Positions 1 through 8,890 are shown, numbered from the stretch's first letter. The stretch: DNA of 32,000 nucleotides from Bellilinea caldifistulae (GCF_001306055.1 NZ_LGHJ01000013.1:120001-152000); one strand, 5' to 3'. Numbers and translations are program-made. The notes: generated by a model not told the origin, from the sequence alone.

Positions 1-12
1 CGATGACAGCGG

Positions 13-423
13 TTACGGGGCGGTTAACTCATACAGTTCAATCAGCACACCGCCGCTGCTCTTGGGATGAATAAAGGCCATCTTTCGTCCCGGCAGTTCC
101 AGAGGTGTCTCGTTGATCAGGCGCACACCCTTGGCCTTCAAGTCTTCCAGCATCCCCTGAATGTCATCCACCTCAAAACACAGGTGGTGCATTCCACCGC
201 CGCGCTCAGCAAGGAATTTGGCCACCCCCGTATCTTCACTGGTGGGGCGCACCAGTTCCACTTCACTTTCGCCAACCGGAATGAACACAACCGTCGCTTT
301 TTGGCTGGGAACATCTTCAATATGATCCACCGCAAGCCCCAACGCATCCCGCCAGAAGGTCAGAGAAGCATCCACATCCGGTACGGCAATTGCCACATGG
401 TTGATTTTCTTGATCTTTGCCAT
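13..423 (-). CDS. mce: methylmalonyl-CoA epimerase (VOC/glyoxalase fold)
   Basis: 136-aa ORF with VOC-fold pattern (INHVAIAV near the N-terminus, HHLCFEV, ELYE near the C-terminus). AAGGAG lies 6 nt upstream of the ATG. The gene sits 15 nt downstream of the acyl-CoA mutase gene on the same strand. Confidence 0.8.
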   Translation of the reverse strand: MAKIKKINHVAIAVPDVDASLTFWRDALGLAVDHIEDVPSQKATVVFIPVGESEVELVRPTSEDTGVAKFLAERGGGMHHLCFEVDDIQGMLEDLKAKGVRLINETPLELPGRKMAFIHPKSSGGVLIELYELTAP

Positions 424-438
424 TTTTCACTCCTTGAA

Positions 439-2088
439 CTAAATCCATGCGGGAGGCACATATTCTCCCCACACCTTGCGTAAAACACCGCAAATCTCCC
501 CCAAGGTTATATCATTTTCCACCATGGTAATGAACAGGGGCATCAGATTTTCATTGCCTTTAGCGGCAATTTCCAGCTGTCCCAGCAGCTCAGAGACCTT
601 TGCCGAATCTCGCCCGGCTCGCAATTCTGCCAGTCGCTGGCGTTGCTGCTGCTCGATGGATGGGTCCACCCGCAAAGCTTCCAGCTCGATCTTTTCTTCC
701 ACCTGGAATGCATTCACCCCGACCACAATCTGTTCTTTACTTTCAACCGCTTTCTGATAGCGGTAGGCGGCATCCTGAATCTCGTTTTGGATATAACCGC
801 TTTCAATGGCAGCCAGCGCCCCGCCCATTGCATCTATTTTCTGGATGTATTCGCAGGCGCGTTGTTCTATCTCATTGGTCAAGTACTCGATGACGTAAGA
901 ACCCGCCAGCGGGTCAATCGTATCGGCTACGCCCGATTCGTAGGCGATGATCTGTTGTGTACGCAGGGCAACCCGCACCGATTTTTCAGTCGGCAGCCAC
1001 AAGGCTTCGTCCATGCTGTTCGTATGCAGGGACTGCGTACCACCCAGCACGGCAGCAAGAGCCTGTATGGCGACGCGTACGATGTTGTTCTCCGGCTGCT
1101 GAGCTGTCAGCGTTGAACCGCCCGTCTGAGTGTGAAAACGCAACATCCACGATTTGGGATCCTGAGCGTGAAACCGCTCCCGCATGATTCTGGCCCACAT
1201 CCGGCGTGCCGCCCGGAACTTGGCAATTTCTTCCAGAAAGTTGTTGTGGGCTGCAAAGAAAAAGGACAATTGGTCGGCAAAGCGGTCAACCTCCAGGCCG
1301 GCTTGAATGGCAGCCTGAACATACGCAATCGCATCCGCCAGGGTGAAGGCGACTTCCTGCACAGCCGTTGACCCGGCTTCACGGATGTGATACCCCGAAA
1401 TGCTGATCGTATTCCAGCGCGGGACGTTCTTTCCGCAATACTGAAACACATCCGTAATCAGCCGCATGGATGGCGCCGGCGGGAAAATATAGGTGCCGCG
1501 TGCCACATACTCCTTGAGAATATCGTTTTGAATGGTGCCTCGCAACCATTTTTCCTCAACACCCTGGCGGCGGGCAACTGCAATATACATTGCCAGCAAA
1601 ATCGCGGCTGGGGCGTTAATGGTCATGCTGGTAGAGACTTTGTCAAGCGGAATTTCATTGAAGAGAATTTCCATGTCCCTCAGAGAGGATATCGAAACCC
1701 CCACCTTGCCGACCTCACCGCTGGCAATCGGGTCATCAGCATCGTATCCGATTTGAGTGGGCAAATCAAACGCAACCGAAAGCCCGGTCTGCCCCTGCTG
1801 AAGCAAATAGCGATAACGGCGATTGGATTCTTCTGCCGTTGCGTAACCAGCATACTGGCGCATCGTCCAAAAACGGCCACGGTACATGGTGGGTTGGACG
1901 CCACGAGTGAATGGATACTCCCCCGGAAAACCCAATTCTTTGAGATAGTCACACTTAAATGGCAATCCCAGCCGTGGTAAGGGAATTTGAGAGGGTGTGA
2001 AAAATTCAGGCCGACGTTCCGGATATTTGGAAATTAGAGGTTTGAGGACTTCTTCTTCCCAACGTTTTCGTTCGGATTCAAGCGACAT
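439..2088 (-). CDS. methylmalonyl-CoA mutase, catalytic (TIM-barrel) large subunit without a fused B12-binding domain
   Basis: 549-aa ORF with acyl-CoA mutase blocks: [23 protein letters not shown] and [21 protein letters not shown]. The Tyr in TMY and the Arg in ARGTY are the residues I recall distinguishing MCM from isobutyryl-CoA mutase. An AGAGGA RBS is present and the epimerase gene is adjacent. Confidence 0.85.
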   Translation of the reverse strand: MSLESERKRWEEEVLKPLISKYPERRPEFFTPSQIPLPRLGLPFKCDYLKELGFPGEYPFTRGVQPTMYRGRFWTMRQYAGYATAEESNRRYRYLLQQGQTGLSVAFDLPTQIGYDADDPIASGEVGKVGVSISSLRDMEILFNEIPLDKVSTSMTINAPAAILLAMYIAVARRQGVEEKWLRGTIQNDILKEYVARGTYIFPPAPSMRLITDVFQYCGKNVPRWNTISISGYHIREAGSTAVQEVAFTLADAIAYVQAAIQAGLEVDRFADQLSFFFAAHNNFLEEIAKFRAARRMWARIMRERFHAQDPKSWMLRFHTQTGGSTLTAQQPENNIVRVAIQALAAVLGGTQSLHTNSMDEALWLPTEKSVRVALRTQQIIAYESGVADTIDPLAGSYVIEYLTNEIEQRACEYIQKIDAMGGALAAIESGYIQNEIQDAAYRYQKAVESKEQIVVGVNAFQVEEKIELEALRVDPSIEQQQRQRLAELRAGRDSAKVSELLGQLEIAAKGNENLMPLFITMVENDITLGEICGVLRKVWGEYVPPAWI

Positions 2089-2164
2089 TTTTTCCTCTTT
2101 CTAAAAAAGGTGAACCTGATTTTAGTATACCGTAGGCTCTCTCAATTCGGACTGGAAGAATTTA

Positions 2165-2173
2165 TGGTAAACT
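2165..2173 (+). promoter_or_regulatory. candidate extended -10 element (TGgTAAACT) for the antiporter operon
   Basis: TGnTAAACT lies about 77 nt upstream of the antiporter ATG in the 158-nt divergent intergenic region. The -35 is weak (TTCGGA, 16-nt spacer). Confidence 0.3.
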
Positions 2174-2249
2174 ACAAACAAATTTCCTGACCTGCGCAAA
2201 ATTTCCCTGCGGGGGGCATTTTTTTTGAACGCTGCCCGGAAGGATTTTG

Positions 2250-3458
2250 ATGACTCCATTCCTGCAATTAATCTTTGTACTCACCATTATTCTCTTTGCA
2301 TCAAAATTGGCCGGTTATCTGACCACCCGGTTGGGGCAGCCGGCAGTACTGGGTGAATTGCTGGTCGGGCTGTTGCTTGGCCCGTCATTGATTGACCTGA
2401 CACACCTCGTTTTCATCACCGACCGCCACCTGAGCGAGGTTGTGGCAGAGTTCGGCGAAATCGGCGTTCTGGTGCTGATGTTTCTGGCGGGTTTGGAACT
2501 CCATTTTTCAGAGCTCACCCGCAATACCCGCGTGGCGGCTTTCAGTGGAATTCTGGGGGTGTTGACACCGGTTGGGCTGGGAATTCTGGCAGGTGAAATG
2601 TTTGGTTACTCTTTCGACAACGCTGCCTTTATTGGACTGACGCTAGGCGCAACCAGTGTCAGCATTTCTGCCCAAACCTTGATGGAATTAAAAGTATTGC
2701 GCAGCCGGGTTGGATTGGGATTACTCGGCGCAGCCGTGTTCGATGATATTCTGGTCATCCTTTTGCTTTCCACCTTTCTTGCACTTTCGGGCGGGGGTTC
2801 GGCGCTGGACATCTTATTGGTATTGCTAAAGATGATTGGATTTCTCAGTCTTTCGGCAGCCTTTGGTTTGTGGGTTCTCCCCAAACTTTCCCGTCGGATC
2901 AGTAACATGCCCATCAGTCAAGGCATTTTAACCTTCAGTCTGATTATCATGATGGTGTATGGGCTGGCCGCCGAATTGATTGGCGGCATGGCAGCCATCA
3001 CCGGCACTTTTCTGGCCGGTTTGATGTTTGCCCGAACGCCCGAAAAAAGTCAAATAGAGCCGGGATTACGCTCGCTGGCTTACAGTTTCTTTGTGCCAAT
3101 ATTCTTCGTCAACATTGGCTTGAGTGTAGATACTCACACGCTCAATTTGAATGCCCTATGGTTGATGCTGGTCATCAGCACTTTTGCTATACTGGGGAAA
3201 GTGATTGGCTGCGGTTTGGGAGCAAAACTGGGCGGATTCAACTGGCTGGAATCGCTACAACTTGGCATTGGCATGATTTCACGTGGAGAGGTGGGCTTGA
3301 TTGTTGCCAGCATTGGTCTGGCGGAGGGTTATATCAACGAAACCGTATTTTCCGCCATCGTTGGCATGGTTCTGATTACCACCCTCCTCACCCCGCCCTT
3401 GTTGCGTGCGTCCTTTAGAAAAGTAACCGTTTCTTCGCCAGCCCCTGTTCAAGAATAA
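2250..3458 (+). CDS. cation:proton antiporter, CPA2 family (Kef/NapA-type), membrane domain only
   Basis: About 12 predicted TM segments and a CPA2-type block GEIGVLVLMFLAGLE. GGAAGGA lies 5 nt upstream of the ATG at 2250; an in-frame TTG at 2247 is an alternative start. There is no C-terminal KTN/RCK domain. Confidence 0.8.
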   Translation: MTPFLQLIFVLTIILFASKLAGYLTTRLGQPAVLGELLVGLLLGPSLIDLTHLVFITDRHLSEVVAEFGEIGVLVLMFLAGLELHFSELTRNTRVAAFSGILGVLTPVGLGILAGEMFGYSFDNAAFIGLTLGATSVSISAQTLMELKVLRSRVGLGLLGAAVFDDILVILLLSTFLALSGGGSALDILLVLLKMIGFLSLSAAFGLWVLPKLSRRISNMPISQGILTFSLIIMMVYGLAAELIGGMAAITGTFLAGLMFARTPEKSQIEPGLRSLAYSFFVPIFFVNIGLSVDTHTLNLNALWLMLVISTFAILGKVIGCGLGAKLGGFNWLESLQLGIGMISRGEVGLIVASIGLAEGYINETVFSAIVGMVLITTLLTPPLLRASFRKVTVSSPAPVQE

Positions 3459-3487
3459 GTAATCCCGATTGATTACGGGAGGACCAT

Positions 3488-3856
3488 ATGTACATGATTT
3501 TCTTTGTTTTACACAATCCGGAACTTCTCGAACAGGTGTTGAACGCCTGGGAGGAGGCCGGTGTTGGTGGGGTAACCATTCTTCCCAGCACCGGTTTGGC
3601 TCGCATCCGCGCCAAAGGAGCGTGGCGCGATGATTTGCCGCTCTTTCCCAGTCTGGAGGATTTTCAAGAACATCTCCAAAATCTCAACCGCACCCTGATC
3701 ACCATCGTAGAAAACGATGCCATGGTAGATAAAGTAGTGGCAGCAACTCAACGGGTAACCGGCGATCTCAATCTGCCCAATACCGGCATCCTCTCGGTAT
3801 TACCGGTGGTTCGCAGTTATGGTCTGAACCGTATTCCGGATGTCAATGGAACATAA
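3488..3856 (+). CDS. PII-like (GlnB-fold) small signal-transduction protein, divergent
   Basis: 122-aa ORF with GGGAGG 5 nt upstream. The sequence follows the beta-alpha-beta-loop-beta-alpha-beta PII pattern: MIFFVL / ELLEQVLNAWEEAGV / GVTILPSTG / long loop / TLITIVEND / AMVDKVVAATQRV / GILSVLPVVRSYGL. It lies 29 nt after the antiporter stop. Confidence 0.6.
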   Translation: MYMIFFVLHNPELLEQVLNAWEEAGVGGVTILPSTGLARIRAKGAWRDDLPLFPSLEDFQEHLQNLNRTLITIVENDAMVDKVVAATQRVTGDLNLPNTGILSVLPVVRSYGLNRIPDVNGT

Positions 3857-3867
3857 GCCGGTTTGAT

Positions 3868-3896
3868 TTGACGGAAGTAGAAGGGTCTGGTAGAAT
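3868..3896 (+). promoter_or_regulatory. sigma70-type promoter for rplI (TTGACG-17 nt-TAGAAT with a TGn extension)
   Basis: TTGACG at 3868-3873, an exact 17-nt spacer, TAGAAT at 3891-3896, preceded by TGg. It sits about 75 nt upstream of the rplI ATG. Confidence 0.55.
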
Positions 3897-3969
3897 CATC
3901 GGGCTTTGAGCGTTGTACCCTTCGCTCTCAGCCGAAACTCAATTTTTTTGGAATGAAAGGGCTTGAACC

Positions 3970-4476
3970 ATGAAAGTATTGTTGATTAAGGACGTTTACA
4001 AACTGGGCCGCGCTGGAGATGTGAAGAAAGTGGCCGATGGCTTTGGACGAAACTATCTGATTCCGCAAGGATTGGCCGTCCTGGCTACACCCGGCACACT
4101 TAAGCAGGTGGATCAAATCCGCGCTAAAGCTGCTTCTCGCCGCCAGGAATTGAACAGCGAAATGAGCAGTGTCGCCGATAAATTGAACGGCAAGTACTTC
4201 ACTTTTGCCTCCAAAGCCGGTGAAACCGGTAAACTGTACGGCTCGATCACCACCCAGATGATTGCCGATGCAATTAAGCAAAATTTGGGGATTGAGGTTG
4301 ACCGCCATCAGATCGAATGTGAGCCGATTCGTACTTTGGGCGAACATGTTGCCCACGTCCGTTTGACGGTTGACCTGGTGCCTGAAATCCGCATCCTTGT
4401 TCACCGCGAAGGTGAAGTGGTGCAGGTTCCCTCTGCCGAAACCGAAACCCCGGCTGAGGAAACCGCCGAAGCCTGA
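3970..4476 (+). CDS. rplI: 50S ribosomal protein L9
   Basis: N-terminus MKVLLIKDVYKLGRAGDVKKVADGFGRNYLIPQGLAV is the canonical L9 N-domain. The length (168 aa) and the acidic C-tail fit. Confidence 0.95.
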   Translation: MKVLLIKDVYKLGRAGDVKKVADGFGRNYLIPQGLAVLATPGTLKQVDQIRAKAASRRQELNSEMSSVADKLNGKYFTFASKAGETGKLYGSITTQMIADAIKQNLGIEVDRHQIECEPIRTLGEHVAHVRLTVDLVPEIRILVHREGEVVQVPSAETETPAEETAEA

Positions 4477-4504
4477 AAAAATTACCCGAAAGAGGAACCT
4501 CTCA

Positions 4505-4549
4505 AGACCGGCCAATGCCAGCGATTCCACGGCAGGCCGGTCTTTGATT
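4505..4549 (+). terminator. candidate stem-loop / weak intrinsic terminator after rplI
   Basis: AGACCGGCC (4505-4513) pairs perfectly with GGCCGGTCT (4535-4543). An inner TGCC/GGCA extension is present. The stem is followed by TCTTTGATT, a poor U-tract. Confidence 0.35.
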
Positions 4550-4554
4550 GAGGG

Positions 4555-4560
4555 TATAAT
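4555..4560 (+). promoter_or_regulatory. -10 box TATAAT placed 6 nt before the ATG (leaderless-type promoter)
   Basis: TATAAT at 4555-4560, a 6-nt spacer ACGGCA, then the ATG at 4567. There is no Shine-Dalgarno sequence. Confidence 0.4.
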
Positions 4561-4566
4561 ACGGCA

Positions 4567-6015
4567 ATGAAACTCACCATCGGGCAATACCTGCGTCAAC
4601 TGCGTGAGGAACGCGGCATCAGCCTCGAGCAATTGGCTCAGACAACTCGCATCAACCCCACATACCTCCGCGCGTTGGAAAACGACGAAATGTCTTTGCT
4701 GCCTTCAACCGTTCAGGCACGGGGTTACCTGCGCCTGATTGCCGGCACCTATAACATTGATCCGCAACCATTGCTGGACGCATATCCAGACAAGGAAATT
4801 CTCCTACCCACAATAGCGGAGGAAGCGAGTCCATCGGAGACTTCCGAGCCGGTTACGGCCACTCCGCTTCCCGATGAGGATAATGCAATCCAAACACAAG
4901 AACGACTGGAGGACGAGGAAATAACCTTACCAGAAACAGAAGAAGTCAGCTCCGAAACCGTCCCGGAAACTTCTGTTCCCATTCCAGAAGGAACCCTCAT
5001 TACGCCGGCACCGGTTGAAGGAAGTTCCTCTTTCATTTTTTCCCAAATTGGGCAGCAATTTCGCACTCAACGCGAAGCATTGGGAATTTCGCTGGAAGAT
5101 GCTGAACGGTTTACCCGCCTTAAAGCCCGTTATTTACAGGCCATCGAGGAAGGACATTTCGATCAGCTACCATCCCTTGTTCAAGGCCGAGGGATGCTGC
5201 GCAACTACGCCGAATTTCTCAACCTCGATAGTGAAGCCATCCTGATGCAATTTGCGGATGGTTTACAACGCCGAAGGCTGGAACACCTGACTACTACCAC
5301 GCCTGCCCGCTCCACTCCCTCCGCGACACCCGTACGCACACCCAACCCTCTCTCGCTTTTTTTGCGGAGATGGATGACACCCGATTTGCTGGTGGGTGGT
5401 TTATTGTTTGCAATCCTTCTGGTGTTCGTCGTTTGGGGGACGGCACGCGTTTCCGGCTTACAGGATCAGGAGGTACAGGCAACACCCCCCTCTATTTCCG
5501 AATTGTTATTAAACACAGCCGACGTAAACGGTTTGAGCGAACCGACCTCCACGCCATCACCCCCGCCAGCCGCTGCCCAAAATAACGGCAGCGCACTTCC
5601 CCCGGCAACGGCAGAAGGTGAAGAAACCCAGGCCACCGGTCAGCTGCCCTCCAGCACCGACCCCGTGCAGGTTTACGTAATTGCCAATCAACGCGTCTGG
5701 CTGCGGGTTGTGGTTGATAATCGGGTTGCGTTTGAAGGGCGCACCATCCCCGGAAGTGCCTATCCGTTCACCGGAAAACAAGCCATCGAATTAACCAGCG
5801 GAAACGCAGCCGGACTTCAAATTGTGTATAACCAGAACAATTTAGGGAATTTAGGGGCATCTGGCGAAGTGCTCCGCTTGATCTTTACCGCTGAAGGTAC
5901 GGTTGTCCCAACCCCGCTGTTCACCAGCACTCCAGCGCCAACCCTGCCCCCCACATTTACCCCTCAGCCTACCCAGCAATTACCCACCCCAACCGTAACA
6001 CCATTTGTTCCTTAG
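4567..6015 (+). CDS. RodZ-like membrane protein with two N-terminal HTH modules, one TM segment and a DUF4115-like C-terminal domain
   Basis: There are two Xre/HTH_25-type segments: LRQLREERGISLEQLAQTTRINPTYLRALEND and FRTQREALGISLEDAERFTRLKARYLQAIEEG. The TM helix is LLVGGLLFAILLVFVVWG. The C-terminal block VYVIANQRVWLRVVVDNRVAFEGRTIPGSAYPF...LQIVYNQNNLG resembles the RodZ periplasmic domain. Confidence 0.65.
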   Translation: MKLTIGQYLRQLREERGISLEQLAQTTRINPTYLRALENDEMSLLPSTVQARGYLRLIAGTYNIDPQPLLDAYPDKEILLPTIAEEASPSETSEPVTATPLPDEDNAIQTQERLEDEEITLPETEEVSSETVPETSVPIPEGTLITPAPVEGSSSFIFSQIGQQFRTQREALGISLEDAERFTRLKARYLQAIEEGHFDQLPSLVQGRGMLRNYAEFLNLDSEAILMQFADGLQRRRLEHLTTTTPARSTPSATPVRTPNPLSLFLRRWMTPDLLVGGLLFAILLVFVVWGTARVSGLQDQEVQATPPSISELLLNTADVNGLSEPTSTPSPPPAAAQNNGSALPPATAEGEETQATGQLPSSTDPVQVYVIANQRVWLRVVVDNRVAFEGRTIPGSAYPFTGKQAIELTSGNAAGLQIVYNQNNLGNLGASGEVLRLIFTAEGTVVPTPLFTSTPAPTLPPTFTPQPTQQLPTPTVTPFVP

Positions 6016-6022
6016 AGGTTGA

Positions 6023-7351
6023 ATGAATTCCAAAAGTTTTTATCTGCTTTCTTTAGGTTGTTCCAAAAACACAGTCGACTCGACTTCCATGGCTGAATTG
6101 CTCCAACGCGCCGGCTATCAGCCAACCGAAAAACCGGCCCAAGCCTCAGTTCTGATTGTGAATACCTGCGGGTTTATCCAACCCGCCCGTGATGAATCCA
6201 TCCGCGAGCTGCGCGCTTTAGCCCGCCGCAAACGCCGTGGACAGGTACTGATTGCCGCCGGCTGCCTGACCCAGCGGTATCGAGAATGGGTTTTAGAGCA
6301 GGTGCCCGGTATTGACGGCATAATGGGGACGCGCCGCTGGATGGATATTCTGGAGGTAATAGAGAAAATCCGCCAATTCCCGCCTCAGCCGGTTTATCAC
6401 ATTCCGGAAGATGGGGTTATTGGGCGGGATGAAAAAGGGGTCTTGCGCGCTGCGGTTCAGGGCAGCAGCGCATATCTGAAGATTGCGGATGGCTGTCGCC
6501 GCCCCTGTGCTTTTTGCGCCATTCCACTGATCAAAGGCACGCTCGTCAGCCGCCCGGCGGAGACGATTATTCAGGAAGCCCAACGATTGGAACGGCAAGG
6601 TGTTCAGGAACTGATCCTGATTGCTCAAGACACCACCGATTACGGGCATGACCTCGGCATCCGGGACGGCCTGCCAGCTTTGCTGGAAGACCTCTTGAAA
6701 TCCACCTCAATCCCGTGGATTCGCATCCTTTACGCTTTTCCCGGTTATGTGACCGATCGCTTAATCGAGATCATGGCATCCAACCCGCGTTTGTTACACT
6801 ATCTGGATATGCCTCTCCAGCATGCCCATCCTGCCACCCTCAAACGGATGCGCCGCCCGGCCAACATGGATTGGGTTTATCGAACCCTGGAGAAAATGCG
6901 CTCTGCCATGCCGGATCTGGCCATCCGAAGCACATTCATTGTCGGCTATCCCGGTGAAACAGAAGAGGAATTTCAGACTTTATTGGATTTCTTACAAGAT
7001 GTTCGGTTAGACCGGGTTGGGGCTTTCACCTTCTCCTTTGAACCCGGCACCGCCAGTGAACCGCTGGGCGATCCTGTCCCGGCCGAGGTAAAACAGGAAC
7101 GGTTGGAACGGTTGATGAAATTGCAGGAAAAAATTTCCCTGCAACGAAATCAGACCTTGATTGGTAAACGCCTGGAGGTTTTGGTCGAAGGAGTTGACCG
7201 CAATTTGTCCATTGGCCGGTCTTACCGTGATGCTCCTGAAATTGACGGGCTGGTATTTATTGAAGGGAAAGTCCCTGCAGGTAGCATCGTTCCAGTGCAG
7301 ATCAGCGGGGCTTTGCCGCATGATTTGACCGCCATTCCCATAGGAGACTGA
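6023..7351 (+). CDS. rimO: ribosomal protein S12 methylthiotransferase RimO (radical SAM MTTase)
   Basis: N-terminal UPF0004 block LSLGCSKNTVDS...NTCGF, a radical SAM CRRPCAFC motif, and a C-terminal TRAM domain with RSYRDAPEIDGLVFI typical of RimO. Confidence 0.9.
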   Translation: MNSKSFYLLSLGCSKNTVDSTSMAELLQRAGYQPTEKPAQASVLIVNTCGFIQPARDESIRELRALARRKRRGQVLIAAGCLTQRYREWVLEQVPGIDGIMGTRRWMDILEVIEKIRQFPPQPVYHIPEDGVIGRDEKGVLRAAVQGSSAYLKIADGCRRPCAFCAIPLIKGTLVSRPAETIIQEAQRLERQGVQELILIAQDTTDYGHDLGIRDGLPALLEDLLKSTSIPWIRILYAFPGYVTDRLIEIMASNPRLLHYLDMPLQHAHPATLKRMRRPANMDWVYRTLEKMRSAMPDLAIRSTFIVGYPGETEEEFQTLLDFLQDVRLDRVGAFTFSFEPGTASEPLGDPVPAEVKQERLERLMKLQEKISLQRNQTLIGKRLEVLVEGVDRNLSIGRSYRDAPEIDGLVFIEGKVPAGSIVPVQISGALPHDLTAIPIGD

Positions 7352-7366
7352 TCCCATACCACTTCC

Positions 7367-8881
7367 ATGAAACGCCTGCCTGACCTGACTGCCCTGCTTC
7401 TGGCGCTGCTCACCCTTGTGGTGGTTTATCAGGTTACAACCAGAATCTACGAAGGGGTGCCGCATATTGAAGATGAAGTGGCTTATTCGTGGCAGGCTTC
7501 CCTTTACACCCGCAATCAACTCGCCATCCAATCTCCACCCTGCCCGCGTTGTTTTCTGACGCCCTTTGTGGTGGATTACAACGGATTACGCTTTTCCAAG
7601 TACCCTCCCGGTTGGCCGGCTGTGCTTTCTCTGGGTGTACGGTTGGATCTACGCGACTGGGTCAACCCCTTACTTGCCGCCCTGTGCATCTGGTTGACCT
7701 ACCGACTGGTCAGCCGTCTGACCCGCCCGATCATCGGTATTCTGGCGGCCCTGTTAACCCTCACTTCGCCATTCTTTCTGTTAAATGCCGGAACATTACT
7801 TTCCCATATCTGGTCGTTCTTTCTGACTCTGGCCTTCCTGATGGCGTGGCTGGAAATGACAATCCTTCACCCCTCCATACCCCGCTGGATGAGTGTGCTA
7901 CTGGGTGGTTTTTCGCTTGGATTGCTGGCGCTCACCCGTCCGCTCACGGCGGTAGGGGTGGCCTTTCCCTTTTTGATAGAGGGCATCATCCGCCTGTTTA
8001 AATCTTCTCCCGCCGTCCGCATGGCGATGATCCGTACAGGAATACTGGCAGGCCTGCTGGCGGGTTTGCTTTTTGTCTGGCAGTATGCTGTGACCGGCAA
8101 CTTCCTGCTCAACCCCTACACCCTGTGGTGGGAGTATGACAAAATCGGTTTTGGCCCCGGCATCGGCGTTCAAGAAGGCGGGCATAATCTCTACTGGGCA
8201 AGGTTGAACCTGAAACACAGTTTGCACAGCGGTGTAAGTGACCTGTTTGGCTGGGGGCGAGTCTCATGGCTGTTCTTACCTTTCGGTTTATTTGCCCTCC
8301 GCCGTCAGAAAACGGCCTGGTCAACTCTTGCAATTGCACCTTCTCTGATGCTGTTTTACATGCTTTACTGGATTGGTGCGCAACTCTACGGGCCGCGTTA
8401 TTACTTTGAAGGACTGATCAGCGTCACTTTGCTAACAGCAGCCGGCATTGCATGGCTGGCGGGTAAATTAACTGCCGATCCGCCATTCACGGTTGGTTGG
8501 TGGGCTTCCCGCCTGCGGTTTGGGCTGGTTGCCGCTGTTTCCACGGCTTTGCTGGCATGTAACTTGTGTTTCTATCTGCCGGCCCGCTTAGGCGGGATGA
8601 TTCACCTTTACGGTGCAAGCCGTGAGCAGCTATTGCCCTTCCAGAGTCAAAACGCCACCCAATTGACCCCCGCACTGATCTTTGTTCATCGCCAGAATAA
8701 CTGGCGGGAATATGCCACCTTACTGGAACTCAGTTCTCCCTATCTGGACACACCCTTTGTGTTCGTTTTCAGCCGGAGCGAGGAAGAAAATCAACAAGTC
8801 ATGCGTGCCTTCCCGGGACGCAAAATCTGGCATTATTACCCGGATGAACCGTACCGCTTCTACACCGCCCCGCGCCCGTAA
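7367..8881 (+). CDS. GT-C fold membrane glycosyltransferase (ArnT/PMT, GT39/83-like)
   Basis: 504-aa polytopic membrane protein. An acidic EDE(V)AY motif follows TM1 directly, in the first extracytoplasmic loop, as expected for GT-C enzymes. No clear SD sequence is present. Confidence 0.55.
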   Translation: MKRLPDLTALLLALLTLVVVYQVTTRIYEGVPHIEDEVAYSWQASLYTRNQLAIQSPPCPRCFLTPFVVDYNGLRFSKYPPGWPAVLSLGVRLDLRDWVNPLLAALCIWLTYRLVSRLTRPIIGILAALLTLTSPFFLLNAGTLLSHIWSFFLTLAFLMAWLEMTILHPSIPRWMSVLLGGFSLGLLALTRPLTAVGVAFPFLIEGIIRLFKSSPAVRMAMIRTGILAGLLAGLLFVWQYAVTGNFLLNPYTLWWEYDKIGFGPGIGVQEGGHNLYWARLNLKHSLHSGVSDLFGWGRVSWLFLPFGLFALRRQKTAWSTLAIAPSLMLFYMLYWIGAQLYGPRYYFEGLISVTLLTAAGIAWLAGKLTADPPFTVGWWASRLRFGLVAAVSTALLACNLCFYLPARLGGMIHLYGASREQLLPFQSQNATQLTPALIFVHRQNNWREYATLLELSSPYLDTPFVFVFSRSEEENQQVMRAFPGRKIWHYYPDEPYRFYTAPRP

Positions 8882-8890
8882 GCAATCGAG

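Noticed and set aside
2089-2246. Possible cobalamin riboswitch or attenuator in the mutase/antiporter divergent region (direct repeat AAATTTCC(C)TG twice, and CCCTGCGGGG followed by a T8 run)
   Set aside because: No B12-box-like sequence is present. The pairing ahead of the T8 run is only 3-4 bp, too weak to call a terminator or riboswitch. The repeat is short.
3928-4632. 234-aa ORF on the minus strand
   Set aside because: It lies entirely antisense to the unmistakable L9 gene (rplI). It has no RBS and a low-complexity, Phe/Gly/Arg-rich translation. It is a shadow ORF.
5890-6015. Pro/Thr-rich C-terminal tail of the RodZ-like protein (and the acidic/Pro tail at 9418-9520), considered as tandem DNA repeats
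   Set aside because: This is compositional low complexity at the protein level only. I could find no exact nucleotide repeat unit.
7007-7531. 174-aa minus-strand ORF spanning the rimO/glycosyltransferase junction
   Set aside because: It overlaps two well-supported plus-strand genes and has no RBS or recognisable domain.
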